Source: an uncultured Acidimicrobiales bacterium
GTDB lineage: Bacteria > Actinomycetota > Acidimicrobiia > Acidimicrobiales > SZUA-35
Length of the DNA: 64,000 bases
Direction of reading: 5' to 3'
Assembly (NCBI GenBank): GCA_937922045.1
Contig: CAKZXA010000004.1
Location: forward strand, 42,878 to 106,877
Shown piece by piece: positions 36,428 through 46,186 of the stretch (its first letter is position 1; each line of letters starts with the position of its first letter). Both the position numbers and the translations under genes were made by a program. Below the pieces are notes generated by a model. That model was not told the DNA's origin. It ran no database searches and was given only the letters and a program-made list of their open reading frames with translations.

Positions 36428-37078
36428 ATGGCCTTGGAGATAGTTGGCGCCGGTTTCGGCCGAACGGGCACCATGTCGTTGAAGGCAGCTCTTGAGCAGC
36501 TGGGCTACCACAAGTGCTACCACATGATGGAAGTCGAGCCGCAGCATCTTGAGGTCTGGCGAGACGCTCAGGCCGGGCGGCCTGTGGAATGGGATGCTCT
36601 TTTCGACGGCTACAAGGCTTCGGTCGACTGGCCATCTTGCAACTCGTGGCACGAGCTGATGACGTACTACCCACAGGCGAAGGTTATTCTGACAACCCGC
36701 GATCCACAACAGTGGTATCGCAGCGTGATGAAAACGATCTATCCGAGTTCCACCTACGGTCTGACCTCAGAGGACCCCAAACGCCGAGCCGGCTCCGAAT
36801 GGGGCAGAGACATTATCTGGGACGGGGTATTCGACGGCCGCCTCGACGATGACGCCCATGTGATCGATGTGTTTAATCGCCACAACGAGAACGTTAGACA
36901 GACCGTGCCTGCCGATCGCCTCCTCGAGTATCAACCGGGCGACGGGTGGGAACCCCTCTGCGCCTTCCTCGGCTGCGAGGTTCCCGAAAGCTCATACCCG
37001 CGGACGAACAGCACCGAAGACTTTCTGGCCCGTTGGAGTGAGCGAACCGGCGTGGATGCCGACGAGTTGGCTACCTGA
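36428..37078 (+). CDS. Sulfotransferase-family protein (Sulfotransfer_4-like)
   Basis: 216 aa. The N-terminal PAPS-loop-like GAGFGRTGTMSLKAALEQLGY and KVILTTRDPQQWYRS resemble this family as I remember it. Confidence 0.55.
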   Translation: MALEIVGAGFGRTGTMSLKAALEQLGYHKCYHMMEVEPQHLEVWRDAQAGRPVEWDALFDGYKASVDWPSCNSWHELMTYYPQAKVILTTRDPQQWYRSVMKTIYPSSTYGLTSEDPKRRAGSEWGRDIIWDGVFDGRLDDDAHVIDVFNRHNENVRQTVPADRLLEYQPGDGWEPLCAFLGCEVPESSYPRTNSTEDFLARWSERTGVDADELAT

Positions 37079-38258
37079 CCGTTCGCCTAGCGTCGACCGG
37101 CAACGGGCTACGCCCAAGCGGTAGGCACACGGCCAGGCGGCCGCCGGGAGGGGCTTCGATCTCGATCGTGCCGCCGTGAGACTCGACAAGGCCCTTAGCG
37201 ATGGCGAGACCGAGTCCGGTTCCTCCCGAGGCGCGGCTCCGGCTCGAGTCGGCGCGGGCAAAACGTTCGAAAGCGTGGGCCACGAAATCGTCGGGGAATC
37301 CCGGACCCTCGTCGACCACCCTGACCACGGCGCGGTCGCCAGGATCGACCGACCACATCACCGAGACACGCACCGTCGACCCGTCGGGCGAGTGGCGGAT
37401 GGCATTGTCGAGGAGGTTGCGCAACACCCGACCGAGCGCCGCGGCGTTGCCGACAACAGGAACAGCATGGCTCGATGCAAGTTTGATCGACACACCACGC
37501 TTCTGGGCCAAAGGGGCCATTGCTTCAGCGGTTTCGTCAACCAGCTCGGCCAAGTCGACCGGGTCGAAGCCCATGTTGAGCAGGCCTGAATCCAGTTGGG
37601 AGAGCAGGAAGAGGTCGTCGACGAGAAGGCTTAGGGTCTCCAGATCCCGGGTGATCGAGCGAAGGTAGCGGGCAGGGTCGGGGGCGACGCCATCCACCAA
37701 GGCCTCGACCGCAGCCCGAATGGCGCTGATCGGTGTTCGTAGGTCGTGGCTAATACTGGAGATCAGAACCCGCCGCTCAGCGTCGACAGCGGCGCGCTGG
37801 CGTTCCACGGCCATGCGTTTCGACTCCACCAGCTCAAGCTGCTGGCCCAGATCGTCGACGGCGGCCGCTACCGATCCAAGCTCATCGAAACGTCCAAGTC
37901 CTCGCCCAAGAACGGATGCCTCCATCGACTCGCCTTGTTGAAGGTGCCGCACCGCCACCTCGATCTTGTCGACATCGGCCCGCAGCGAACCGGTGGCGAC
38001 GACGACGAGTATCACCACGAACGGCAAGGCCATTCCCAACACGGCGAGCACGCCGTTTAGTGTTCCGGAATCGAGCACCATGAATCGGGCCAGGGCGACG
38101 GCGGCAACAGCGGCGATCGCCAACGAGACAAAGGTGATCACCAAAACCTGGGTCCGGAGAGAACCCAGCAGACGGGCGTAGCGGCGTAGCGCAAACGCGA
38201 CAACGAGGGTGTCGGCGCCGACCACCAGGGCTCCCGTCGCCAACATCGACAGTTTCAT
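37071..38258 (-). CDS. Sensor histidine kinase (HisKA/HATPase, OmpR-partner type)
   Basis: The ORF extends to 38570, but that part overlaps the regulator gene. ATG 38258 (MKLSMLATGALVV...) gives two TM helices, H-box SSISHDLRTPISAI, N box LRNLLDNAIRHSP, and G boxes DEGPGFP and GGTGLGLAIAKG. Confidence 0.8.
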   Translation of the reverse strand: MKLSMLATGALVVGADTLVVAFALRRYARLLGSLRTQVLVITFVSLAIAAVAAVALARFMVLDSGTLNGVLAVLGMALPFVVILVVVATGSLRADVDKIEVAVRHLQQGESMEASVLGRGLGRFDELGSVAAAVDDLGQQLELVESKRMAVERQRAAVDAERRVLISSISHDLRTPISAIRAAVEALVDGVAPDPARYLRSITRDLETLSLLVDDLFLLSQLDSGLLNMGFDPVDLAELVDETAEAMAPLAQKRGVSIKLASSHAVPVVGNAAALGRVLRNLLDNAIRHSPDGSTVRVSVMWSVDPGDRAVVRVVDEGPGFPDDFVAHAFERFARADSSRSRASGGTGLGLAIAKGLVESHGGTIEIEAPPGGRLAVCLPLGRSPLPVDARRTVR

Positions 38259-38313
38259 AGCCCGACGTTCACTGGCGCTGCGTCCACCAACGCTACGGTC
38301 AGTAGAGCGAAGC

Positions 38314-39039
38314 TCATGGCTCGAAGCGGTAGCCAACACCGCGAGCTGTCCGAACCCACCGGGGTGAGCTGGGGTTGGTCTCAATCTTTTGGCGCAGCCG
38401 TCCAACATGGACGGTGACGGTGGCCGGGTCCTGGAAATCGGGTGAAGATTCCCACACGAGGTCGAGCAACTGGCGGCGACTGAAGACGCGGCGAGGCTCG
38501 CTGGCCAAGGTGAGGAGAAGTTCGAACTCCTTCGGTGTGAGTTCCACTGTCGCCCCGTCGACGAAGACATCGCGAGAAACGGGGTCGATGCTCAGTCCTT
38601 CGTAGTCGAGTCTCTCCGGCTGGTCGGAGCCAACGATGCTGGATCGACGAAGAACCGACCGGACGCGAGCTGCCAGTTCGCGAGGCGAAAATGGCTTGAT
38701 GACATAGTCGTCGGCACCGATTTCGAGGCCAACGATGCGGTCAACCTCATCAGCCCTGGCCGTGAGCATGATGACGGGGATATCCCATTGCGATCGGATG
38801 TGGCGCAACAACTCGAAGCCGTCGAGTCCCGGCAGCATCACATCGAGCACAACAAGATCGGGCCTGCTGGCCGAAAGCCACTCGAGGGCATCCGCACCAT
38901 CCGCCAACTCGATCACACGAAAATTGTCTCGTTCAAGGTAGCGGGCTACAACTTCACGCACCATCGGCTCATCATCGACAATAAGCACGGTCCCGCTGGT
39001 GGCACCGGTCGTCGGGCCGGGGTCTGGCACCTGGTTCAC
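38314..39039 (-). CDS. OmpR/PhoB-family response regulator
   Basis: Receiver (VLIVDDEPMVREV, DLVVLDVMLPGLDG, IMLTARADE) and winged-helix output (LTPKEFELLLTLA, VRTARGVGYRFEP). The N-terminal 40 aa of the ORF look non-coding. GTG 39039 or 39030 is the likely start. Confidence 0.85.
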   Translation of the reverse strand: MNQVPDPGPTTGATSGTVLIVDDEPMVREVVARYLERDNFRVIELADGADALEWLSASRPDLVVLDVMLPGLDGFELLRHIRSQWDIPVIMLTARADEVDRIVGLEIGADDYVIKPFSPRELAARVRSVLRRSSIVGSDQPERLDYEGLSIDPVSRDVFVDGATVELTPKEFELLLTLASEPRRVFSRRQLLDLVWESSPDFQDPATVTVHVGRLRQKIETNPSSPRWVRTARGVGYRFEP

Positions 39040-39186
39040 AGCCTTAGGGTAACCCAGCGGTTGCGTTGAACGGATACCGCATGGGAGGACGGGGACGTAA
39101 TCGATTGGATGGGTGCAGCGGGCGAGCGGTGGGGCGCCTATGATGCCCACCACACCCATACCAGTTCCGGTTGACCGGGCTCGTCG

Positions 39187-39633
39187 TTACTTGACCGGCA
39201 AGAGGGGGCACGAGAAGTAGGTGCCAGCCTCGACCGCGCTGAGCAGTCCAGCCTCGATGTACATGTCGACATCGGCCTTGCTGGTCAGCTCGACGGCAGC
39301 TGAGGGATCGCTCCACGTCACTTCGACAACAGCCCAACGGCCGCCGTTGTACCCACGGCCGGGTGCCGCCTCGGCCACAGGACGCTGGCCTTCTACGCCG
39401 TTGGTGGCCACATAGAGATCATCAAACGAGTGGCGGTTCCTGGCATTTGGTGCGGGCAGCGCACCATTGAGGTTGGTGCCATAAAGCGCGCCATCAGCGT
39501 AGAGGGCGCCTTCGAAGATCGCCGGTCGGCTGGCCTGGTCTCCATTAGATTCAGCCGAGGCTGGCGCTACGGCGAATAGCGATGCGACAGCAAAGGCCGT
39601 TGAGACAACAACGGCGCGGGTTCGAGACTTCAT
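39187..39633 (-). CDS. Secreted hypothetical protein
   Basis: ATG 39633 follows AAGGAG and gives a signal peptide (MKSRTRAVVVSTAFAVASLFAVAPASA|ES). I recognise no family. Confidence 0.5.
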   Translation of the reverse strand: MKSRTRAVVVSTAFAVASLFAVAPASAESNGDQASRPAIFEGALYADGALYGTNLNGALPAPNARNRHSFDDLYVATNGVEGQRPVAEAAPGRGYNGGRWAVVEVTWSDPSAAVELTSKADVDMYIEAGLLSAVEAGTYFSCPLLPVK

Positions 39634-39670
39634 AGGAGAACTCCTTTTGAGGAGGGTACAAAAAGAGTTT

Positions 39671-39698
39671 CGTTGAGCCACCTATCGGTGGCTCAACG
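39671..39698 (-). terminator. Rho-independent terminator downstream of the acyl-CoA dehydrogenase gene
   Basis: Perfect 12-bp stem cgttgagccacc / ggtggctcaacg with a 4-nt loop. On the minus-strand RNA it is followed by AAACUCUUUUUG. A second GC hairpin (gcggccc-agatc-gggccgc) lies at 39728-39746. Confidence 0.6.
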
Positions 39699-39753
39699 AA
39701 TCACGAACAATTCTCGAAACTTTCCTTGCGGCCCAGATCGGGCCGCTACCCAC

Positions 39754-41073
<1,320 letters not shown>

Positions 41074-41235
41074 CGAAATTCCTTCCTTTAGGCGGCTGGA
41101 TCCCGGGCGATCCTGCTCGCTAGTCTCTCGTCGCAGCGATCTCGTGCTCCGGCATACTCGGTCGATCTTAGACCAGGGCCGAGAGCTGTACCCATTCCGC
41201 CCAACCCGAGGTCTAAAGCTCCTAGCCTGGCATCG

Positions 41236-42462
41236 ATGAGCCACTCTTTCGACGCACAAGAACCTGCTAGAGGGCCGATCTCGAGCCAGGAGGTTGTGGC
41301 GTTACGAGCGGCCACACCCGGCTGCGAGAACCGCCTCCATCTCAACAATGCAGGATCCTCACTCATGTCACAGGGCGTGCTAACCGCCCAGGTCGACTAC
41401 CTCACGCTCGAGGCCCAGATCGGTGGCTATGAGGCCGCTGCGCAGCGAGCTGATCAGATCGAGAAGGTCTACGCTTCGTGTGCAAACCTCATCGGAGCTA
41501 AGCCCCATCAGGTAGCCCAGGTAGAGAATGCGACCGCGGCCTGGAATCAAGCATTCCACTCCCTTCGGCTGAGCGAAGGCGACCAGATCATCACCTCGGA
41601 GGCCGACTACGGCGCCAACTTCATCGCCTATCTCCAGGCCGCCCGCTTCAACGGTGTTGAGACGGTGATTGTGCCCAGCGATGACACCGGCGCGGTGGAT
41701 GTGAACGCCCTCGAAAACCTGATCGACGAACGAACCAAACTGATCTCGATTACCCACGCCCCAACGAATGGCGGCCTCGTGAACCCGGCCGAAGAGATCG
41801 GCGAGGTCGCTCGTAGCGCTGCGATCCCCTACCTCCTCGATGCCTGCCAGACCGTCGGCCAGCTGCCGCTCGATGTTGAACGCATCGGCTGCGACTTTCT
41901 CTCCGCTACCGGCCGCAAGTATTTGCGAGGTCCGCGCGGAACCGGCTTTCTCTATGCCAGCGACGAGATCCTGGAACGGGTTGAGCCAGCCTTTCTCGAC
42001 CACCACGGCGCCAACTGGACCGCGGTCGACGCCTACGAGGTTCGTCCCGACGCCAGGCGTTTCGAAAATTGGGAGTTCAACTATGGGGCCCTCGTCGGCC
42101 TTGGTGTCGCCGCCGACGAGGCCCTCGCCATCGGGCTCGATCGCATCGAGCAGAGGGTCAACGATCTCGCCGAAGGTCTCCGGTCACGGCTCCGAGCCCT
42201 CGACCTTGAGGTGTATGACCTCGGCCAGCGCCGATGCGGACTCGTCACCACCTCGGTTCCCGGGGTCGAGGCTGTCGAGGTGAAGCGACGATTGGCTGAA
42301 GACCACATCAACATTTCAACCTCGTCGCCGGCGTCGACGCTGATCGATGCTAGCCGTCGAGGGCTCCCGACACTGCTGCGACTTTCGGTTCACTACTACA
42401 ACACCGAGGCCGAACTCGACCGGGTCGCCGACCGACTCGCCGCCCACTACGACCTTTCCTGA
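41236..42462 (+). CDS. Class-V PLP aminotransferase / cysteine-desulfurase-like enzyme
   Basis: 408 aa. LHLNNAGSSLMS, ITHAPTNGGLVNP and SATGRKYLRGPRGTGFLY (PLP-Lys region) are typical of the class-V fold. Confidence 0.8.
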   Translation: MSHSFDAQEPARGPISSQEVVALRAATPGCENRLHLNNAGSSLMSQGVLTAQVDYLTLEAQIGGYEAAAQRADQIEKVYASCANLIGAKPHQVAQVENATAAWNQAFHSLRLSEGDQIITSEADYGANFIAYLQAARFNGVETVIVPSDDTGAVDVNALENLIDERTKLISITHAPTNGGLVNPAEEIGEVARSAAIPYLLDACQTVGQLPLDVERIGCDFLSATGRKYLRGPRGTGFLYASDEILERVEPAFLDHHGANWTAVDAYEVRPDARRFENWEFNYGALVGLGVAADEALAIGLDRIEQRVNDLAEGLRSRLRALDLEVYDLGQRRCGLVTTSVPGVEAVEVKRRLAEDHINISTSSPASTLIDASRRGLPTLLRLSVHYYNTEAELDRVADRLAAHYDLS

Positions 42463-42475
42463 CCGGTGACGGGCG

Positions 42476-43417
42476 TCAGGATCGAGCAACGGCCCTGGTA
42501 GCCGAACGCCGACGAGCCCGTTCCGAGAGGAGGGTGGCAATGATCAGGCCCGCTCCGAAGACAATCGATTCGTTGTCGATGACGCCGAGCACGTCGTTGA
42601 TCGTGGGCACCGCAACGAGCGCACCAACACCGACCAGCGCTCCGGCCAGGGTGCCGAGACCGCCTAGCACCGCGGCCGCGTAGAGCCGTAGCGACAGAAA
42701 AACATCGAACTGGGTGTGGCTGACGTAGGGAAACAGGATCGCCTGCAAAGCTCCAGCGGTTCCCGCCATGGCGGCCGACACGGCCAAGACACCGGTTTTC
42801 GTCATCGCCACCGGCACACCGAACAGGGCGGCCACCGTTTCATCATCCCGAATCGCCTGGAGAGCTCGGCCCATCCTGCTCCGGACCAGGTTTCGGGCCA
42901 GACCGAACCAGATGGCGACTACCAGGATGCAGACCCCGTAGCGCCAGATGTGCGCCTGGTCCTCGATGCCCAACCATGACGGCGGGAGAAAATCGGTCTC
43001 GACCGGGCGACCCGAAACGCCGCCGGTTACCGAACCGAGCTGACGCGCGATCGGGGGAAAGGCCAGGGCCATGCCGAACGTGATCAAGGCGAGGTATAAC
43101 CCTCGCACCCTCAGAGCGGGCAACCCGATCACCACGCCGACCGCTCCGGTGAACGCGCTCGCCGCCAGCAACGCCACCCAAATCGGAAGCCTAAGGTCGA
43201 GCAGGTTGGCCATGGTGAATGCGCCAATCCCAACAAACACGCCGTGGCCGAGCGAGACGAGCCCGGTATAGCCGGTCAAGAGGTTTACCCCGAGAACGGC
43301 CAACACCAAGACCAACAGGCGAGAAAGACGATTGAGCTGCAGCGGCGTGCTCAGCAAGGGCGCAACAGCCAGGCCGAAGACGGTGACGGCCAGGAAGACG
43401 CGACGGAGGCCGGTCAT
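42476..43417 (-). CDS. livM: Branched-chain-amino-acid-type ABC permease (LivM-like), second copy
   Basis: The ORF extends to 43864, but the first 149 aa are Arg-rich and overlap the LivH-like gene. ATG 43417 overlaps the upstream stop as ATGA. GYTGLVSLGHGVFVGIGAF is the LivM signature region. Confidence 0.8.
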   Translation of the reverse strand: MTGLRRVFLAVTVFGLAVAPLLSTPLQLNRLSRLLVLVLAVLGVNLLTGYTGLVSLGHGVFVGIGAFTMANLLDLRLPIWVALLAASAFTGAVGVVIGLPALRVRGLYLALITFGMALAFPPIARQLGSVTGGVSGRPVETDFLPPSWLGIEDQAHIWRYGVCILVVAIWFGLARNLVRSRMGRALQAIRDDETVAALFGVPVAMTKTGVLAVSAAMAGTAGALQAILFPYVSHTQFDVFLSLRLYAAAVLGGLGTLAGALVGVGALVAVPTINDVLGVIDNESIVFGAGLIIATLLSERARRRSATRAVARS

Positions 43418-44355
43418 ACCCGTTCCACCGGAACCGTGCCGAACAATCCATGAGGCCGAAAAAGCAGCACGAGCACCATGGCCACAAGGGGCGGCAACAG
43501 ACTGAGCTCGGACGGAACACCGAGATAGCCGGGCACCAGACTCTGTGATAGCCCGACGATCAGACCGCCGAAGATAGCACCGCGTGGGCTGTCGAGGCCA
43601 CCAATGGTGGCGGCGGCCAGGGCGTAGATCAGCATCTTCATCATGGTCAACGGCTCCAGCACGATGGCGCCGCCGACGAGGGAGGCAGCCAATGCGCCGA
43701 TCCCGGCCGCTATACCCCAGCCCAGCATGAGGCTGCGTCGCACCCGCACGCCGACGAGTTCGGCGGAGTCTCGGTTGGAGGTGATGGCGCGGAAGGCCAG
43801 ACCGGTTTTGGTATAGCGAAGCAGCACGCCGAGGGCGACGATCACAACGAGCAGCACCGCCCATACACCGAGCGTGGTATAGCGCAGTCGGGCACCAGCG
43901 ATCAGGAAGTGGTCATTCATCCCCGATGGGAACGGACTCGGGAACGACCGGCCGAACGGACCCCAGATCTGGAGGACCAGCCCGTTGAGCAATACGAGCA
44001 GGCCGATGGTCACATTCACCTGGGCCAGCGGTGATCCGTCGCCCAGTGGGCGCATCAACAGTTCCTCCACCAGAGCACCGAGCGCGAACCCGACTAACAC
44101 CGCACCGGTGATAGCTAGCCACGTCGGCCAGGGGTGCCCGGGCAGGAGCGAGCCGATCGACTGGGTACCAGCGATGCCGCTGTCGCTTGAGGAAAGAAAC
44201 ACCAGGGCGATATAGCCACACATCATGGCCATCTCGCCTTGGGCGAAGTTCAGAAGCCCCGTAGCTCGAAAGATCATCACGAGAGCGACGGCCAACGAGG
44301 CGTAAATCGCACCATTAAACATGCCGTCGAAACAGCGTTGAACGAAGAGTTCCAT
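43414..44355 (-). CDS. livH: Branched-chain-amino-acid-type ABC permease (LivH-like), second copy
   Basis: 313 aa. MELFVQRCFDGMFNGAIYASLAVALVMIFRATGLLNFAQGEMAM is the LivH N-terminal signature. Confidence 0.85.
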   Translation of the reverse strand: MELFVQRCFDGMFNGAIYASLAVALVMIFRATGLLNFAQGEMAMMCGYIALVFLSSSDSGIAGTQSIGSLLPGHPWPTWLAITGAVLVGFALGALVEELLMRPLGDGSPLAQVNVTIGLLVLLNGLVLQIWGPFGRSFPSPFPSGMNDHFLIAGARLRYTTLGVWAVLLVVIVALGVLLRYTKTGLAFRAITSNRDSAELVGVRVRRSLMLGWGIAAGIGALAASLVGGAIVLEPLTMMKMLIYALAAATIGGLDSPRGAIFGGLIVGLSQSLVPGYLGVPSELSLLPPLVAMVLVLLFRPHGLFGTVPVERV

Positions 44356-44391
44356 GAACCGGGTTATCTCAGATCCTGCGTCGAAAACAGA

Positions 44392-44431
44392 CCGTGGGTG
44401 CCGACAGTTCGGAAACTGCCGACACCCACGG
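44392..44431 (-). terminator. Long intercistronic stem-loop after the Liv-type binding-protein gene
   Basis: 16-bp stem (14 Watson-Crick pairs plus 2 G-U on the minus-strand RNA): CCGUGGGUGUCGGCAG-UUUCCGAA-CUGUCGGCACCCACGG, followed by UCUGUUUUCG. Confidence 0.55.
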
Positions 44432-44463
44432 ACCTACGAATTACTGTTTACAAGTAGCTACTA

Positions 44464-46062
44464 CTAGCAGCCTTCGCCGGCTACCCAGGCGCAGTTGGTT
44501 GACTGACCGTTGAGGTCGATCACGCCACCCTGCTGGACCCAGGTTTGGCTGGCAGCATCGAACTTCGACACATCGGAGCCTTCCACCAGGTAAGCATCCT
44601 CGGCGCCATTGGCCGAGAAATCGATGCCCTCGAGCAGGGCGGGGTGGTTCACGTCGAGCGAACGCACGGCCAGCATGAGGTTGGTTCGGGTGAGTCCACC
44701 ATCGAGCTCAGCGGCGATGCGCAGCGCTTCAACCTGTGACCAACCGAACTGGCCAACGCCAGAACCAACCAACGAGTTGTTGGAATCGAGGCCAGCGTCG
44801 TCGATCAGCTGGTTCATCCAGCTGATGTAAACATCGTCAACGTACTGCGGATCGGTGTTGTCTTTCCAACCGCCACCGATGATGTACCAGCCTTCAGCTG
44901 CGTCCTCGGCCGGAGCCATGTAGGACGAAACGGCCTTACATACCGATGGGGTGAAGACAGCCTTGGCGTTGGTGGTAATACCAGCGCGGGCTGCCTCTTG
45001 AATGGCGAGCAGGCAAGGGTTACCAGCAGTCATCGAGATGAAGACGTCGGCGTTCTCGGCGGCCAGCGTGGTGACCTCATTGGTCAGCGTGGCTGCGGCC
45101 GGATCGTGACGAACGAACTCGACCTTTTCAATAACGTCGGACGCTTCGACGAAACGGTCAAAGCCCTGCTCGTAAGCGAGGCCGAAGTCGTTGTCCATCA
45201 CCAGGGCGGCGACCGTAATCGGGGCGTCGCCGGAAAGGTTCTGTTCAATCCAGGAACCCCACAGCAGTGCCTCAGCGGCGTAGGACAGCTGAAGGCCAGT
45301 CGTCCAAGGGTTGTTGTCCGGGTCGCCCCAGGCCTGGTGGCCTGTCTGGACCATTGGCTGAGGAACGCACAGCTCGTTCAGCTTGGGCTGAACCGAGAAT
45401 GTGTTAGGCGAACCAAGCGTGGTGATGTAAAACGGATCCTCGGTCTGCAGGAGCTCGTCGACGAGTTCCTGCGTCTTGGTAGCAACGTACTCGTCGTCCT
45501 TGGCAAGCAGTTCGATCTGAAGGCCATCGGGGCCGATGCCACCGTTCTCGTTCACGTAGTCGAAGTAGGCACCCATACCGAAGGTGATGTTGCCGTAAGC
45601 GGCTAGCGAGCCCGACTGAGCGATGGTATGACCGATCTTGACCGTGCCGTCGACGACGCCGCCGGTGTCGGACCAATCGCTTGGGCAGTTGTTGAGGTCG
45701 ATCTCCATGCCGGCTGGGCCGGTGAGGATGTTGGTGTCAGGATCGACACCGTAGCCGTTGGCCTTGATATCGGCCACGATCTCGGCTCGACGTGCTGCCC
45801 ACTCAGCTTCGAGGTCTTCGATGCTGGCAGCACCGGAAGCTTCTTCAGCTTCGCCTTCAGCCGCTTCTTCCATGGCTTCGGCCGTAGCGTCGTCGTCTGC
45901 CGCTCCACCGACTTCTTCCTCGGCCTCGGTTGATGACTCTTCTTCGGTGGAGTCGGCCGCTTCGGTCGACGCCTCGTCTTCAGTTGATGAGCCGCCGCAG
46001 GCTGCCGCGATGAGGCTGAGCCCCGCGAGCAGCGCCACCAGGCGCAATAGTCGTTTACTCAT
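44464..46062 (-). CDS. Liv-type (family 4/6) ABC substrate-binding lipoprotein with a long acidic N-terminal tether
   Basis: Lipobox MSKRLLRLVALLAGLSLIAAAC|GG, then ~60 aa of E/A/S/T/D-rich low complexity, then a periplasmic-binding-protein fold (KIGHTIAQSGSLAAYG). Confidence 0.85.
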   Translation of the reverse strand: MSKRLLRLVALLAGLSLIAAACGGSSTEDEASTEAADSTEEESSTEAEEEVGGAADDDATAEAMEEAAEGEAEEASGAASIEDLEAEWAARRAEIVADIKANGYGVDPDTNILTGPAGMEIDLNNCPSDWSDTGGVVDGTVKIGHTIAQSGSLAAYGNITFGMGAYFDYVNENGGIGPDGLQIELLAKDDEYVATKTQELVDELLQTEDPFYITTLGSPNTFSVQPKLNELCVPQPMVQTGHQAWGDPDNNPWTTGLQLSYAAEALLWGSWIEQNLSGDAPITVAALVMDNDFGLAYEQGFDRFVEASDVIEKVEFVRHDPAAATLTNEVTTLAAENADVFISMTAGNPCLLAIQEAARAGITTNAKAVFTPSVCKAVSSYMAPAEDAAEGWYIIGGGWKDNTDPQYVDDVYISWMNQLIDDAGLDSNNSLVGSGVGQFGWSQVEALRIAAELDGGLTRTNLMLAVRSLDVNHPALLEGIDFSANGAEDAYLVEGSDVSKFDAASQTWVQQGGVIDLNGQSTNCAWVAGEGC

Positions 46063-46114
46063 TTAAGAGCCTCCCAGTTGATTTTGGTTCGAAACTCCAC
46101 CCTGCGTGGAGTAG

Positions 46115-46149
46115 CGATTGGTTGCTTCATAGCGAATGGTGGTTCATAG
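46115..46149. promoter_or_regulatory. Imperfect tandem 17/18-bp direct repeat upstream of the binding-protein gene (candidate regulator site or internal promoter region)
   Basis: CGATTGGTTGCTTCATAG / CGAATGGTGGTTCATAG on the plus strand, in the relatively AT-rich 124-bp gap between the livM stop (46187) and the SBP start (46062). Confidence 0.3.
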
Positions 46150-46186
46150 AGAACATTAGTCATATTCTGCGGCCGATCTCGATCAC

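Noticed and set aside
43418-43864. 149-aa N-terminal extension of the second LivM-like ORF. The same kind of extension occurs at 38259-38570 (kinase), 12905-13030 (DppF-like) and 41074-41259 (ACAD)
   Set aside because: These extensions overlap the preceding genes, are Arg-rich and non-homologous. Internal starts give canonical N-termini with overlapping or closely spaced junctions and, where visible, SD sequences.
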